Source of the DNA: Myxococcota bacterium
GTDB lineage: Bacteria; Myxococcota; JACRCW01
Assembly: GCA_040752415.1 (NCBI GenBank)
Contig: JBFMGU010000165.1
Location: 1 to 23,925, forward strand
Reading direction: 5' to 3'
DNA length: 23,925 nt
Shown: positions 1-8,945 of the stretch, one piece after another
Numbering within the stretch: the first letter of the stretch is position 1
Layout of the letters: each line of letters begins with the position of its first letter
The notes under the pieces: generated by a model
What the model was told of the DNA's origin: nothing
What the model saw: only the letters and a program-made list of their open reading frames with translations
Database searches by the model: none
Translations under genes and position numbers: made by a program

Positions 1-65
1 TCCCGGTCGGAATCTGGCAATTCCGGTGCTTATCTCCGTGCCAACCCCCACTGTCTCTTAGCCCC

Positions 66-108
66 CCAGCCAGGCATTGTGGCCACGCCGCCTGGCTGGT
101 TTGTTCTT
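66..108. other. Strong hairpin (10-bp perfect stem) followed by a T-rich tract on +; terminator-like on +, or a structural element of a leftward transcript
   Basis: CCAGCCAGGC (66-75) pairs with GCCTGGCTGG (90-99); TTTGTTCTT follows at 100-108. Confidence 0.5.
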
Positions 109-134
109 GGGGCCGGGGGGGCGTGGTTGCGCAA

Positions 135-150
135 AGCACACTCAGTGCCA
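135..150 (-). promoter_or_regulatory. Sigma54 (RpoN) -24/-12 promoter firing leftward
   Basis: Minus strand reads TGGCACTGAGTGTGCT: TGGCAC with exact GG-N10-GC spacing. Palindromic enhancer-like sites lie 44-80 bp upstream. Confidence 0.7.
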
Positions 151-193
151 ACCCACTCCTCGACGGAAACCATGCGGGAATCAGGTCAGGGGC

Positions 194-230
194 TGTCTGA
201 ATTTCGGACAGGGTGACTGAAATCCGGACA
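194..230. promoter_or_regulatory. Two tandem imperfect palindromes, probable enhancer-binding-protein (bEBP) sites
   Basis: TGTCTGAATTTCGGACA (194-210) and TGACTGAAATCCGGACA (214-230), 20-bp period, upstream of the sigma54 motif. Confidence 0.6.
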
Positions 231-257
231 CCCGACGTTTCACATAGGGCGCCGCGG

Positions 258-896
258 CTACCCCTTCAACCGCTCATCCAGGAACCGGCGCAGCTCCACG
301 ACGGCCTCACCAGGAATCCAATGGCTCGTGGGGAACGCCACCAGGCGCCCTCGCGCGCCCCGCGCCGCCAGCAGGTCCAGCGCGCGCAGCCCGTCGCCAA
401 ACGGGACCACGTCGTCGTGGATGCCGTGGCAGAGCAGCAGGTAGAGGTCCTGGATGCGTTCCCGCCGCGCGTCCAGCACCTGGGGGCGCGCCACGTAACC
501 GCTCAGCATGGCCAGTCCGGCGGGCGTCTGCTCCGCTGCCAGCACCACGCTCAGGGCCGTCGCCGCGCCCTGGCTGAACCCGCCCACCACGGTGCGCGCC
601 GCGTCGACGTCCAGGCGGTTCAGGCTCTCGCGGATCAGCCGGATGGACTCATCCAGGCCCACCAGCTGCTCTCCTTGGCGCTGGTACCAGGCGTACCCCT
701 GGTAATGCTCACCCATGGCCACGGCGTGGGGCGCCTCCAGGAGGACAAAGCGTGCGGGGAAGCGCAGCTCATCCACCAGGCTCACCAGGTCGTCGACGGT
801 GGCGCCCAGTCCGTGCAGGAGCACCACCACGCCGCGCTGGTCCGTGTTGGCGGGCGTCTCCAGGCACTTCAGTGGCAGGTCGGTGCGCAGTTCCAT
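258..896 (-). CDS. Phospholipase/carboxylesterase (alpha/beta hydrolase)
   Basis: 212 aa; LLHGLG, GFSQG nucleophile elbow, HG-x-x-D-x-VVP and a C-terminal His complete the Ser-Asp-His triad pattern. Confidence 0.9.
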   Translation of the reverse strand: MELRTDLPLKCLETPANTDQRGVVVLLHGLGATVDDLVSLVDELRFPARFVLLEAPHAVAMGEHYQGYAWYQRQGEQLVGLDESIRLIRESLNRLDVDAARTVVGGFSQGAATALSVVLAAEQTPAGLAMLSGYVARPQVLDARRERIQDLYLLLCHGIHDDVVPFGDGLRALDLLAARGARGRLVAFPTSHWIPGEAVVELRRFLDERLKG

Positions 897-998
897 GACA
901 AGACAACCCCCGGGCTCGCCGCCCTCTTACGAGACGCCAATGGCGGTTTTCAACCGGTGGCTCTCCGGTCGTGGGCGTCCTGGGTTAAGGTCGCGCCC

Positions 999-1769
999 AT
1001 GATTTGTGTTGCCCTGGCTGTGGCCCTCTGCATCGCGCCCTCGGCCCCTTCGGAAGCGCCCACTGCCACGCCGGTGGCCGCGCGGTCGGGCAGCGCGCCA
1101 TCGGCGGACGCCAACGCCTCCGCGGGACCGCGTTTCAACCTGGATCCCAGCACCTGGGTGGGCGACGAGGACCTGCTGCTGGTCTTCCAGACCATTGCCG
1201 CGCTCGGGTCGGCCTCGCTCATTGGCGGGCTGGCCCTGCTGCCTGCGTACGGCCTGTTCTTCGTCGTGGCCCTCATCTCGCTCGCGTCGCAGTCCCCGGG
1301 GCTGCTGGTGGCCGGGCCGGCGGCCATGCTGGCGCTCACCCTGGTGACCCAGGCGCTGGTTGCCGGCATCACGGTGTGGCTGGTGAGCCGCGCCAGCGAG
1401 AGCTTTGCCGCGAGAACCTACGTGCCGGCATGGGCGCGCGACGTCATCAAGGACAACACCGGGACCGACATTGGGAGGGGGTGGTGGGGATTTCTGCTGG
1501 GGGCGCCATGGCTGACGGGATTCGCGGGCTACCTGGTGGGGGGGGCGCTGGGGTTGGTGTTGGGAGCCGCGGTGGCGGTGCCCATGCTGGGCGCGGGGTT
1601 CGTGCTGGCGCAGCAGCCGCAGTGGAATGCGCCGGGGCTGCTCGCGGTGTTCGTGGCGGCGGCGGTGGGATTCTCCGCCATGGCGTTCGGCTACTCGCTC
1701 TTGGGGCCGGTGGGCGCGGCGCTGGCGCATCACGCCACCAAGGTTGCCGTCGAGGATTCGGTGCGCTGA
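999..1769 (+). CDS. Hypothetical integral membrane protein
   Basis: ATG at 999 within the 213..1769 frame. Signal-like N-terminus, Ala/Pro/Ser linker, then several long hydrophobic segments. Confidence 0.7.
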   Translation: MICVALAVALCIAPSAPSEAPTATPVAARSGSAPSADANASAGPRFNLDPSTWVGDEDLLLVFQTIAALGSASLIGGLALLPAYGLFFVVALISLASQSPGLLVAGPAAMLALTLVTQALVAGITVWLVSRASESFAARTYVPAWARDVIKDNTGTDIGRGWWGFLLGAPWLTGFAGYLVGGALGLVLGAAVAVPMLGAGFVLAQQPQWNAPGLLAVFVAAAVGFSAMAFGYSLLGPVGAALAHHATKVAVEDSVR

Positions 1770-2773
1770 CGCTGGGTCTCCTGCTGTTGGGGGGATGCCA
1801 CGGCTACCTGCTGGAGCAGGCGGATGGGCAGGCGCGCGTGCTGCTCTCCGCCCGTCCCGTCGAGAATGTGCTGGCGGATCCGGCCACCTCGGCGGACATG
1901 CGTCGCCGGCTGCGTGTGGCGCGGGAGGCCCGGGCGTACGCGCGCGACGTCCTGGGGCTCACGGTGGGCCAGCAGTACCAGCGGGTGGTGATGCTGGACC
2001 GCGACGCGCTCGTCTACGTGGTGATGGCGGCGCCGCGCACGTCGCTGACGCCGTACACGTGGAAGTACCCGGTGGTGGGGGAGCTGCCGTACCGCGGGTA
2101 TTTCCGTCGCGGCGACGCCGACGCGGAGGCCGCGCGCCTGGCCCGGGAGGGCTACGAGACGGCGGTGCGCAAGGTCAGCACGTTCTCGCTGCTGGGCTAC
2201 CTGCCGGACCCGCTGGTGTCCTCCATGCTGGATGGGCCCATGGAGTCCGTGGTGGAGACGGTCATCCACGAGCTGTGTCACGCCACGGTGTTCGTCCCGT
2301 CGGACGCGGCGTTCAATGAGAGCCTGTGCAGCTTCGTGGGGGAGGAAGGACGTCGTCGTTTCCTCCGCACGCGCATGGGACCCCACAGTGCCGCGTACGC
2401 GTTGGCGGAGGCGCGTGCGCGGGACGGGGAACGCTACCGGGAGTCGGTGGACGCACTGGTGAAGGACCTGCGCGCGCTCTTCCAGGGACCGCTTCCGGAC
2501 GAGGAGAAGGCGTGGCGCAAGGATGCGCTGTACGTGGCGCACCAGCAGCGGTTCGAGCGCACCGTGGTTCCCCGACGGGAGACGCGCCTGTTGGCGAAGG
2601 CCCGGCTTCCCGGCAACAATGCGGAGCTGAGCCAGTGGGGCGTCTACCATGCGGACGAAGCGTTCTTTGCGCGGGAGCTGCGGGCAGTGCAGGGGGATTT
2701 CCCGCGCTTCATGCGGCGCATGGCGGCGCGGAGTGGCGACGCGGAATTCCGCGCGCACGCGGTGAGCAGGTGA
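1766..2773 (+). CDS. Predicted lipoprotein zinc aminopeptidase (DUF2265-like); start uncertain, CTG at 1766 proposed
   Basis: LLLGG-C lipobox; HELCH (HExxH) followed by FNES; family-like motifs W-x-YPVVG-x-LPYRGYF and STFSLLGY-x-x-DP. Confidence 0.8.
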   Translation: MTLGLLLLGGCHGYLLEQADGQARVLLSARPVENVLADPATSADMRRRLRVAREARAYARDVLGLTVGQQYQRVVMLDRDALVYVVMAAPRTSLTPYTWKYPVVGELPYRGYFRRGDADAEAARLAREGYETAVRKVSTFSLLGYLPDPLVSSMLDGPMESVVETVIHELCHATVFVPSDAAFNESLCSFVGEEGRRRFLRTRMGPHSAAYALAEARARDGERYRESVDALVKDLRALFQGPLPDEEKAWRKDALYVAHQQRFERTVVPRRETRLLAKARLPGNNAELSQWGVYHADEAFFARELRAVQGDFPRFMRRMAARSGDAEFRAHAVSR

Positions 2774-2776
2774 GAG

Positions 2777-3778
2777 ATGGCCGAGCCCGGGACCCATCAC
2801 GCTGACGTTGCCAGCCGCTCCGTGCGCATCCCGCCCGAGGAGGACGGCGGGCGCGTGGATGAGGTGCTGGCGCGCCTGTTGGGGACCAGCGTGCGTGCGG
2901 CCAAGCGCCTGTGCACGGAGGGCCTGGTCCGACGTGGTCGCACGGTGGTGGTGAAGGGTGACCGCGTGCAGGCCGGCCAGGAGCTCACCATCCTGGAGCC
3001 GCACGTTCCCTCGCGGGAGACGCCGCCGCTCAAGCTTCTCGTCGAGACGCCGCGCTATCTCGTCATGGACAAGCCCGCGGGCATGGCCAGCCACCGGTTG
3101 CGTCCCTCGGATCCTCCCAGCGCCCTGGACGTGGTGGTGCACCGCTTCCCGGAAGTGGCCACCGCCGGACCGGACCCGCGCGAGGGCGGCCTCCTCCACC
3201 GCCTCGACGTGGGCACCAGCGGCGCGCTGGCCTTTGCGCGGGAGCCGCGTGCCTTCGAGGCGGGGAGGGCGGCGTTCAAGGGCGGGACGGCGCGCAAGCT
3301 GTATCTCGCCATGGTGCACGGGGAGATCGCGCCGGTGGGCGTCGTGGAGAAGCCCATTGCGCATCACACCGGTGACCCGCGCCAGAGCGTGGTGGTGGAC
3401 GGATTGCGCACGCACCGCGGTGATCCCCGGGAAGCGCGCACGCGCTGGGTCACCCTGGCCCGCCGAGGACCCGACGCGCTGGTCCTGGTGGATGCCGAGG
3501 GAGGACGTCGCCACCAGGTGCGTGTCCACCTGGCCCACGCGGGCGCGCCGCTGTGGGGCGACGAGCTCTATGGTGGTCCCCCCTTCCGCGCGCACGCGCT
3601 CCCCGGGCACGCACTCCACGCCGTGTGGCTCAGCGTTCCCACCGCCGGCGAGACGGTGATTGCGCAGGCCGCGCCGCCCGCGGACTGGGCGCCGCTCGTC
3701 GAGGAGTTGCTGGGGCGGGCGGGGGTGGAGGCGTTGCGCCGTGGTGGAGAGGCTCCCCTGGAGTTGATGGAGCGCTGA
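2777..3778 (+). CDS. RluA-family RNA pseudouridine synthase with N-terminal S4-like domain (RluC/RluD type)
   Basis: DKPAGM, HRLD-x-GTSG with the catalytic Asp, GRRHQVRVH, GD-x-LYG and HALHA motifs. Confidence 0.92.
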   Translation: MAEPGTHHADVASRSVRIPPEEDGGRVDEVLARLLGTSVRAAKRLCTEGLVRRGRTVVVKGDRVQAGQELTILEPHVPSRETPPLKLLVETPRYLVMDKPAGMASHRLRPSDPPSALDVVVHRFPEVATAGPDPREGGLLHRLDVGTSGALAFAREPRAFEAGRAAFKGGTARKLYLAMVHGEIAPVGVVEKPIAHHTGDPRQSVVVDGLRTHRGDPREARTRWVTLARRGPDALVLVDAEGGRRHQVRVHLAHAGAPLWGDELYGGPPFRAHALPGHALHAVWLSVPTAGETVIAQAAPPADWAPLVEELLGRAGVEALRRGGEAPLELMER

Positions 3779-3781
3779 AGC

Positions 3782-5113
3782 TCAACTGCGTCGACGCAGG
3801 CCCAGCCACTCCGGTTCCGTCGGCAGCGCCAGGAAGATGGTGGCGCCCACGTCCTCCTCGGGCCGGTCGTGGAACTGCAGCACGCTGAAGCGCATGCCGG
3901 CCACCAGCCCGTCGCGCACGTTCTCCGCGGCCAGGGAGACGTACCAGCCCGCCTGCGTGCTGACGTCGGTGTTCACGCCGCTGTCGACGCTGACCGTCAG
4001 CCCCTCACGGAAGAAGTTCTCCCGGCGCGCGTTGAGGGAGCCCAGGAAGCGCACGCGGTTCTCGCCCACGGGACTGGTGACCAGCGCGGCGTAGCGCGCC
4101 CCCACGAATGCGAACACGTCCCAGCGCAGCCAACGGGAGAACGAGCGCAGCCAGTTGGTGCGGAACCCGCTCTCGAACACCAGGTTCTCCCGCGTGGGGT
4201 CCGGGTCCGCGCGCCCCGTCATCCCAAACGCTGCTTCCACGCCGGGAACCACGAAGCGCACGTCGGCGGAGAGGCTGGGTTTCAGCGACACGCCCAGGTC
4301 CCCCAGCGAGGCAAAGGTGCCCACGCCGAATTCGCTGCCCCGGAAGCGGAACCAGTGTCCGGCGCGGATGAGCCCCTGGTCGCGCGCCAGCTGGTAGGCC
4401 AGCCACGCGCCCGCCAACCAGAACCCGCTGTGGATGGCCAGCATCTTCCAGCCCTGCCAGCTCTCTCGGGACTGGGTCAGACCGGGCACGCGCGTGAGCA
4501 TGCTGAACAACAGGTCCGCGCCTTCCTCCGCCGAGAAACGGTTCCCCAGCGTCTGCGCCAGCCCGGTGAAGAAGCCCTCGCTGCCGCCGCCCAGCGCCAG
4601 GGACACCGGCGTGTTGGACGACGTGAAGGCCGTCCCGTACACGCGCTCCGGGTTGGGCGTGAAGTGGAAGCGCTGCAGCGCCGCCATGTAGTAGCCGTAG
4701 AAGTACAGCCGGGCCACCGACGGCGTGCTCTCCAGCTTCTCCTTCGTCCCCGGGTTCAGCATCCACGGGTCGCCAATGGCGCGGTCCCAGTAGACGGGGT
4801 CCAGCACGGGGATGTCCTGCACGTACAGGATGAACCACCACGTCTGGTACCTCACGTAGCTCGGGATGCCCTGGAACAACGTCAGCGGTCGCTCCGCGTC
4901 GGGGGCCACCAGACCCGGCACGCCTTGACCCGCCAGCGCCGCCTGCTGCGCCCACTGCCGGATGCCGCCGGTTCGCGTCGGTTGCTCGGTGGTGGCGCCG
5001 CGTTGCTGCTGCTCGTCTCCGTCAGCGGGTTGGTCGGAGGCGCCTTGGGCCCGGAGCGGCGACGCGCAGAACAAGCCCAGGAGCGCGACGAGCACGCACA
5101 ACCCGCGGTGCAT
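3782..5113 (-). CDS. Secreted hypothetical protein, possible outer-membrane beta-barrel C-terminal half
   Basis: Signal peptide MHRGLCVLVALLGLFCASPLRA; C-terminal half has aromatic-rich alternating hydrophobic/polar stretches. Start trimmed from 5254. Confidence 0.65.
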   Translation of the reverse strand: MHRGLCVLVALLGLFCASPLRAQGASDQPADGDEQQQRGATTEQPTRTGGIRQWAQQAALAGQGVPGLVAPDAERPLTLFQGIPSYVRYQTWWFILYVQDIPVLDPVYWDRAIGDPWMLNPGTKEKLESTPSVARLYFYGYYMAALQRFHFTPNPERVYGTAFTSSNTPVSLALGGGSEGFFTGLAQTLGNRFSAEEGADLLFSMLTRVPGLTQSRESWQGWKMLAIHSGFWLAGAWLAYQLARDQGLIRAGHWFRFRGSEFGVGTFASLGDLGVSLKPSLSADVRFVVPGVEAAFGMTGRADPDPTRENLVFESGFRTNWLRSFSRWLRWDVFAFVGARYAALVTSPVGENRVRFLGSLNARRENFFREGLTVSVDSGVNTDVSTQAGWYVSLAAENVRDGLVAGMRFSVLQFHDRPEEDVGATIFLALPTEPEWLGLRRRS

Positions 5114-5310
5114 GCCCAGCAGGGTAACACGACGGGGCGGCACCGGCAGGAGATCGTCCCGCAGCTTGATTCTCGTCGAGAAAGCGGTCATCTCTCGCGC
5201 ATTCCTGTCACGTGCCGTGCGTGGGCCCGTGCTGCGCTCCAACCGATTGCGCACGCCCCACCGGTGAAGCCGACGTCCCGGCCGCAGCGCTGACGCACCG
5301 CATCAACCGC

Positions 5311-5339
5311 TTTGAACTTGCGGAAACCTTTGCTACAGG
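5311..5339 (+). promoter_or_regulatory. Possible sigma70-type promoter for gltX
   Basis: TTGAAC-N16-TACAGG with a TGn extension, 27 nt upstream of the ATG; a weak match to consensus. Confidence 0.35.
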
Positions 5340-5366
5340 CCGCGGGCCTCACCCGAAGCGCCCACC

Positions 5367-6920
5367 ATGACCGACCGTCCTGTCCGCGTCCGCATTGCTC
5401 CGTCCCCCACCGGGGACCCCCACGTGGGAACGGCCTACATCGGCCTGTTCAACTACGCCTTCGCCAAGAAGCACGGCGGCAAGTTCATCCTGCGCATCGA
5501 GGACACCGACCAGACTCGCTCCAGCAAGGAGAGCGAGCAGATGATCTTTGACGCGCTCAAGTGGGTGGGCCTGCAGTACGACGAAGGCCCCGACGTGGGC
5601 GGTCCGTTCGGCCCCTACCGCCAGAGCGAGCGTTTGCCGCTGTACCGCAAGGAGGCGGAGGCGCTGCTGGCGTCGGGGAAGGCGTACCGCTGCACCTGCA
5701 CGCCGGAGCGCCTGGAGGCCCTGCGCGAGGAGCAGAAGCGCAACAAGCAGAACCCCGGCTACGACGGATTCTGCCGGGACCGCGACCCCAAGGAGGTGGA
5801 GAAGGAGGTGGCCGAGGGCCGCGCCTGGGTCATCCGCCTCAAGGTGCCGCGCACCGGGGTCACCGTGGTGGAGGACAAGCTCCGCGGCCGCATCGAGTTC
5901 GAGAACAAGGGCATTGACGACCAGGTCCTCCTCAAGAGCGACGGGTTCCCCACCTACCACCTCGCCAACGTCGTCGACGACCGGCACATGCAGATCACGC
6001 ATGTCATCCGCGGTGAGGAGTGGATCACCTCCACGCCCAAGCACGTCCTGCTCTACGAGGCCTTTGGCTGGCAGCCGCCGGAGTTCTGCCACATGCCGCT
6101 CTTGCGCAACGCCGACAAGAGCAAGGTGAGCAAGCGCAAGAACCCCACCAGCATCATGTTCTACAAGCGCGTGGGCATTGTCCCGGAAGCGCTGCTGAAC
6201 TTCCTGGCGCTCATGGGTTGGACCATGCCGGACGCGCGCGAGATCTTCAGCGTGCAGGACATGATCCAGCATCTGGACCTGACCCGCATCAGCCTCGGCG
6301 GCCCGGTGTTCGACCTGGCCAAGCTCAACTGGGTGAACGAGGAGTACCTGCGCAAGGTGTTCAGCGAGGAGGAGTTCCTCACGCGCCTCAAGCAGACCGT
6401 CTTCGCCGACGACTACCTGCGCCAGATCATCCCGCTGGTGCGGGAGCGCATCTCGCGTTTCGAGGATTTCATCGGCTACGGGGACTTCTTCTTCAACGGC
6501 TCGGTCATCGAGAAGGTCGACGTGAAGACCATGGTCCCCAAGGGCCGCACGCTCGAGGAGACGGCCACCGCGCTCGCGGAGATCGTCGAGATCGTCGACA
6601 AGCAGACGGTGTGGAACAAGACGGAGCTGGAGAAGCTCATGCGCGCCTACGGCGACGAGAAGGGCTGGAAGGCCAAGGACCTGTTCATGCCCGTCCGCGT
6701 GGCGGTCACCGGCAAGACGGCCACGCCGCCGCTGTTCGAGAGCATGGAGGTGCTGGGCAAGGAGCAGTCCCGTCGTCGCCTGCGGGAGGCCGTGGCCGCC
6801 ATGCGCGCGCAGCCGGCCCAGCAGCCCGGGGGCACGCCGCCCGCCACACCGCAGCAGCCCAAGGAACAGAAGCAGCCCCGGGGGGATGGGGCGCCCAAGG
6901 AAGCACCGCAGAAGTCCTGA
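5367..6920 (+). CDS. gltX: Glutamate--tRNA ligase
   Basis: RIAPSPTG-x-x-HVGT (HIGH), LRIEDTDQ, YRQSER, THVIRGEEW, KVSKR (KMSKS); full anticodon-binding domain present, so not GluQ. Confidence 0.97.
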   Translation: MTDRPVRVRIAPSPTGDPHVGTAYIGLFNYAFAKKHGGKFILRIEDTDQTRSSKESEQMIFDALKWVGLQYDEGPDVGGPFGPYRQSERLPLYRKEAEALLASGKAYRCTCTPERLEALREEQKRNKQNPGYDGFCRDRDPKEVEKEVAEGRAWVIRLKVPRTGVTVVEDKLRGRIEFENKGIDDQVLLKSDGFPTYHLANVVDDRHMQITHVIRGEEWITSTPKHVLLYEAFGWQPPEFCHMPLLRNADKSKVSKRKNPTSIMFYKRVGIVPEALLNFLALMGWTMPDAREIFSVQDMIQHLDLTRISLGGPVFDLAKLNWVNEEYLRKVFSEEEFLTRLKQTVFADDYLRQIIPLVRERISRFEDFIGYGDFFFNGSVIEKVDVKTMVPKGRTLEETATALAEIVEIVDKQTVWNKTELEKLMRAYGDEKGWKAKDLFMPVRVAVTGKTATPPLFESMEVLGKEQSRRRLREAVAAMRAQPAQQPGGTPPATPQQPKEQKQPRGDGAPKEAPQKS

Positions 6921-6957
6921 GTCCCATCAACCCCCACACAAGACATAGGAGAGAACC

Positions 6958-7386
6958 ATGGCCATTGAGCGCACGCTGTCCATCATCAAGCCCGACGGGG
7001 TCGAGAAGAACGTCATCGGCAAGGTCATTGCCCGCTTTGAGCAGGAGGGCCTCCGCATTGCCGCCATGCGCATGGTGCGGATGAGCAAGGAGATGGCGGA
7101 GGGCTTCTACGCCGTCCACAAGGCCCGTCCCTTCTTCAACAGCCTCGTGGAGTTCATGACCAGCGGCCCGTGCGTGATCATGGTGCTGGAGGGCGAGGAC
7201 GCCATTGCCAAGAACCGCGAGATCATGGGCGCCACCGACCCCAAGAAGGCCGCGGACAACACCATCCGCAAGCTCTTTGCCACCGACGTGGAGAAGAACA
7301 CGGTGCACGGCTCCGACGGCCCCGACACCGCCAAGCAGGAGATTGCGTACTTCTTCCGCCAGACCGAGCTCAGCAAGCGCTTCTGA
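6958..7386 (+). CDS. ndk: Nucleoside diphosphate kinase
   Basis: [22 protein letters not shown] and N-x-VHGSD with the active-site His; SD AGGAG. Confidence 0.98.
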   Translation: MAIERTLSIIKPDGVEKNVIGKVIARFEQEGLRIAAMRMVRMSKEMAEGFYAVHKARPFFNSLVEFMTSGPCVIMVLEGEDAIAKNREIMGATDPKKAADNTIRKLFATDVEKNTVHGSDGPDTAKQEIAYFFRQTELSKRF

Positions 7387-7475
7387 GCTTCCCGGTCACC
7401 ACACCGCCCTACCTTGGACATCCGCAAGCGGGGGCCAGAACGGCGCATGAGCAGCGGCTTTGCTAACACTGGCCC

Positions 7476-8924
7476 ATGCGTCGTTGGCTCCTGCTCTGGG
7501 TGATGGGTGTGCCAGTGGCGTGCGCCACTGCTCCCGTCGCCAGGAAGCCGGCGCCCACGTCCCAGGCCCAGTCCACGCAGTCGGCCGCCGCGGCCCCTGA
7601 GCCCGCCACCTCCCACGACAACGAGCCCGAGCTCCGCGCTCCCCTGGCCCCGCTGGACGACCCGGAGGCCAGGATGGCGGACGCCGTCTACGCCGCGCGC
7701 ATTGCGCAGGACCCGCATGATCCTCGCGGCTACCTGGCGCGGGCCATGGTCCGGCAACGCGCCGGCGACGTGATGGGCGCGGCCCGGCTCTATCGCATGG
7801 CGGAGGCGGTGGACCGCGGTTTTGGTCCCGCGTGGTCCAACCACGGCGCGTTACTCCTGGAGGCTGGCCACGTCGACGAGGCGGTGACGCTGCTCATGCG
7901 CGGCGCGGCGGAGTCCCCGGATCACGCGCCCATCTTCGCCAACCTGGCCGCGGGCCTCTCCATGCAGGAGCGCCACGAGGAGGCCATTGCCGCCGCCGAG
8001 ACCGCGGTGGAGCTCGACGAGAAGGACGCGGATCTCCGTCGGAACCACGCCGCCATCCTCTACAAGGCCAAGCGCTACGCGGAGACGGAACGCGTGCTCA
8101 AGCGCGCCCTGGCGGAGTTCCCCGACGAGGCCCCGGACTTCCTGTTCCGACTCTCGGAGCTGCACGTGGCCACCGGCGAGGAGGACCGCGCCATTGACGA
8201 GCTGGAGCGCGTGTCCCGCCTGGTGCCGGATTTCCCGCTGCCCTACCTGCGTCGCGCGGCGCTGCTGGGACGGCGCAATGACCTGGACGCCACGCTGCAC
8301 GTCCTGTCCGAGGGACTCAAGCACAACCCGCAGGACGAGGAGCTGCGGAAGTTCTTCACCGCCGCCATGGCGTTGCGCATGCAACGGGACCTGGAGGACG
8401 GCCAGGCGCGCATCGCCGAGAACGCCAGGGACGTGCAGGCGTACCTGCAGGTGGCGCGCGTGTACCAGCTGGGCCACGACTACGACGCCGCGTACGAGGT
8501 GCTGCACACCGGTGTCACCGAGAACCCGGACAGCGGGGCGCTGTGGAGTCAGCTGGGCACCGTGGAGCTGTTCCGCAGCAATGAGCGGGAGGCGCTGCAG
8601 GCGTGGCGCAAGGCCATCACGCTGGACCGCACGCAGGGCACGGCGCTCAACAACTGCGCGTACCTGCTGGTGACCGCCAAGGATGAGCAGCTGCGCAACC
8701 GCGACGAGGCGCTGGTGCTGGTGCACCGGGCCCTGGACCTGGAGCCGCAGAACACGAGCTACCTGGACACGCTGGCGGAGGTGCACTTCGCGCGCGGCGA
8801 CGTGGCGGAGGCGCAGAAGACCATCCGCGTGGCCCTGGAGCTCAGCCCGGACGACGAGGCGCTCCAGGCCCAGGCCAGGCGGTTTGACGAGGCACTCGCC
8901 GAACGGCAAAAAGGGGATCCCTGA
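7476..8924 (+). CDS. Tetratricopeptide-repeat lipoprotein
   Basis: Signal peptide ending VA-C; repeated TPR-like helical pairs (e.g. ALNNCAY..., ALDLEPQN-x-SYLDTLA). Confidence 0.88.
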   Translation: MRRWLLLWVMGVPVACATAPVARKPAPTSQAQSTQSAAAAPEPATSHDNEPELRAPLAPLDDPEARMADAVYAARIAQDPHDPRGYLARAMVRQRAGDVMGAARLYRMAEAVDRGFGPAWSNHGALLLEAGHVDEAVTLLMRGAAESPDHAPIFANLAAGLSMQERHEEAIAAAETAVELDEKDADLRRNHAAILYKAKRYAETERVLKRALAEFPDEAPDFLFRLSELHVATGEEDRAIDELERVSRLVPDFPLPYLRRAALLGRRNDLDATLHVLSEGLKHNPQDEELRKFFTAAMALRMQRDLEDGQARIAENARDVQAYLQVARVYQLGHDYDAAYEVLHTGVTENPDSGALWSQLGTVELFRSNEREALQAWRKAITLDRTQGTALNNCAYLLVTAKDEQLRNRDEALVLVHRALDLEPQNTSYLDTLAEVHFARGDVAEAQKTIRVALELSPDDEALQAQARRFDEALAERQKGDP

Positions 8925-8945
8925 TTTCCCTGACGCTGGACGGAC

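Noticed and set aside
27..47. Second minus-strand sigma54 promoter (TTGGCACGGAGATAAGCA)
   Set aside because: GG-to-GC spacing is 11 nt, and sigma54 requires 10.
213..998. N-terminal 262 aa of the 518-aa ORF
   Set aside because: Largely antisense to the carboxylesterase; the protein-like sequence begins at ATG 999.
1004..1765. Long N-terminal extension of the aminopeptidase ORF
   Set aside because: Out-of-frame overlap with the membrane protein gene; Gly/Arg-rich shadow composition.
5170..5182. Palindrome TTCTCG-T-CGAGAA in the divergent gap before gltX
   Set aside because: Single 6-bp-arm site with no second copy or identifiable regulator; could be chance.
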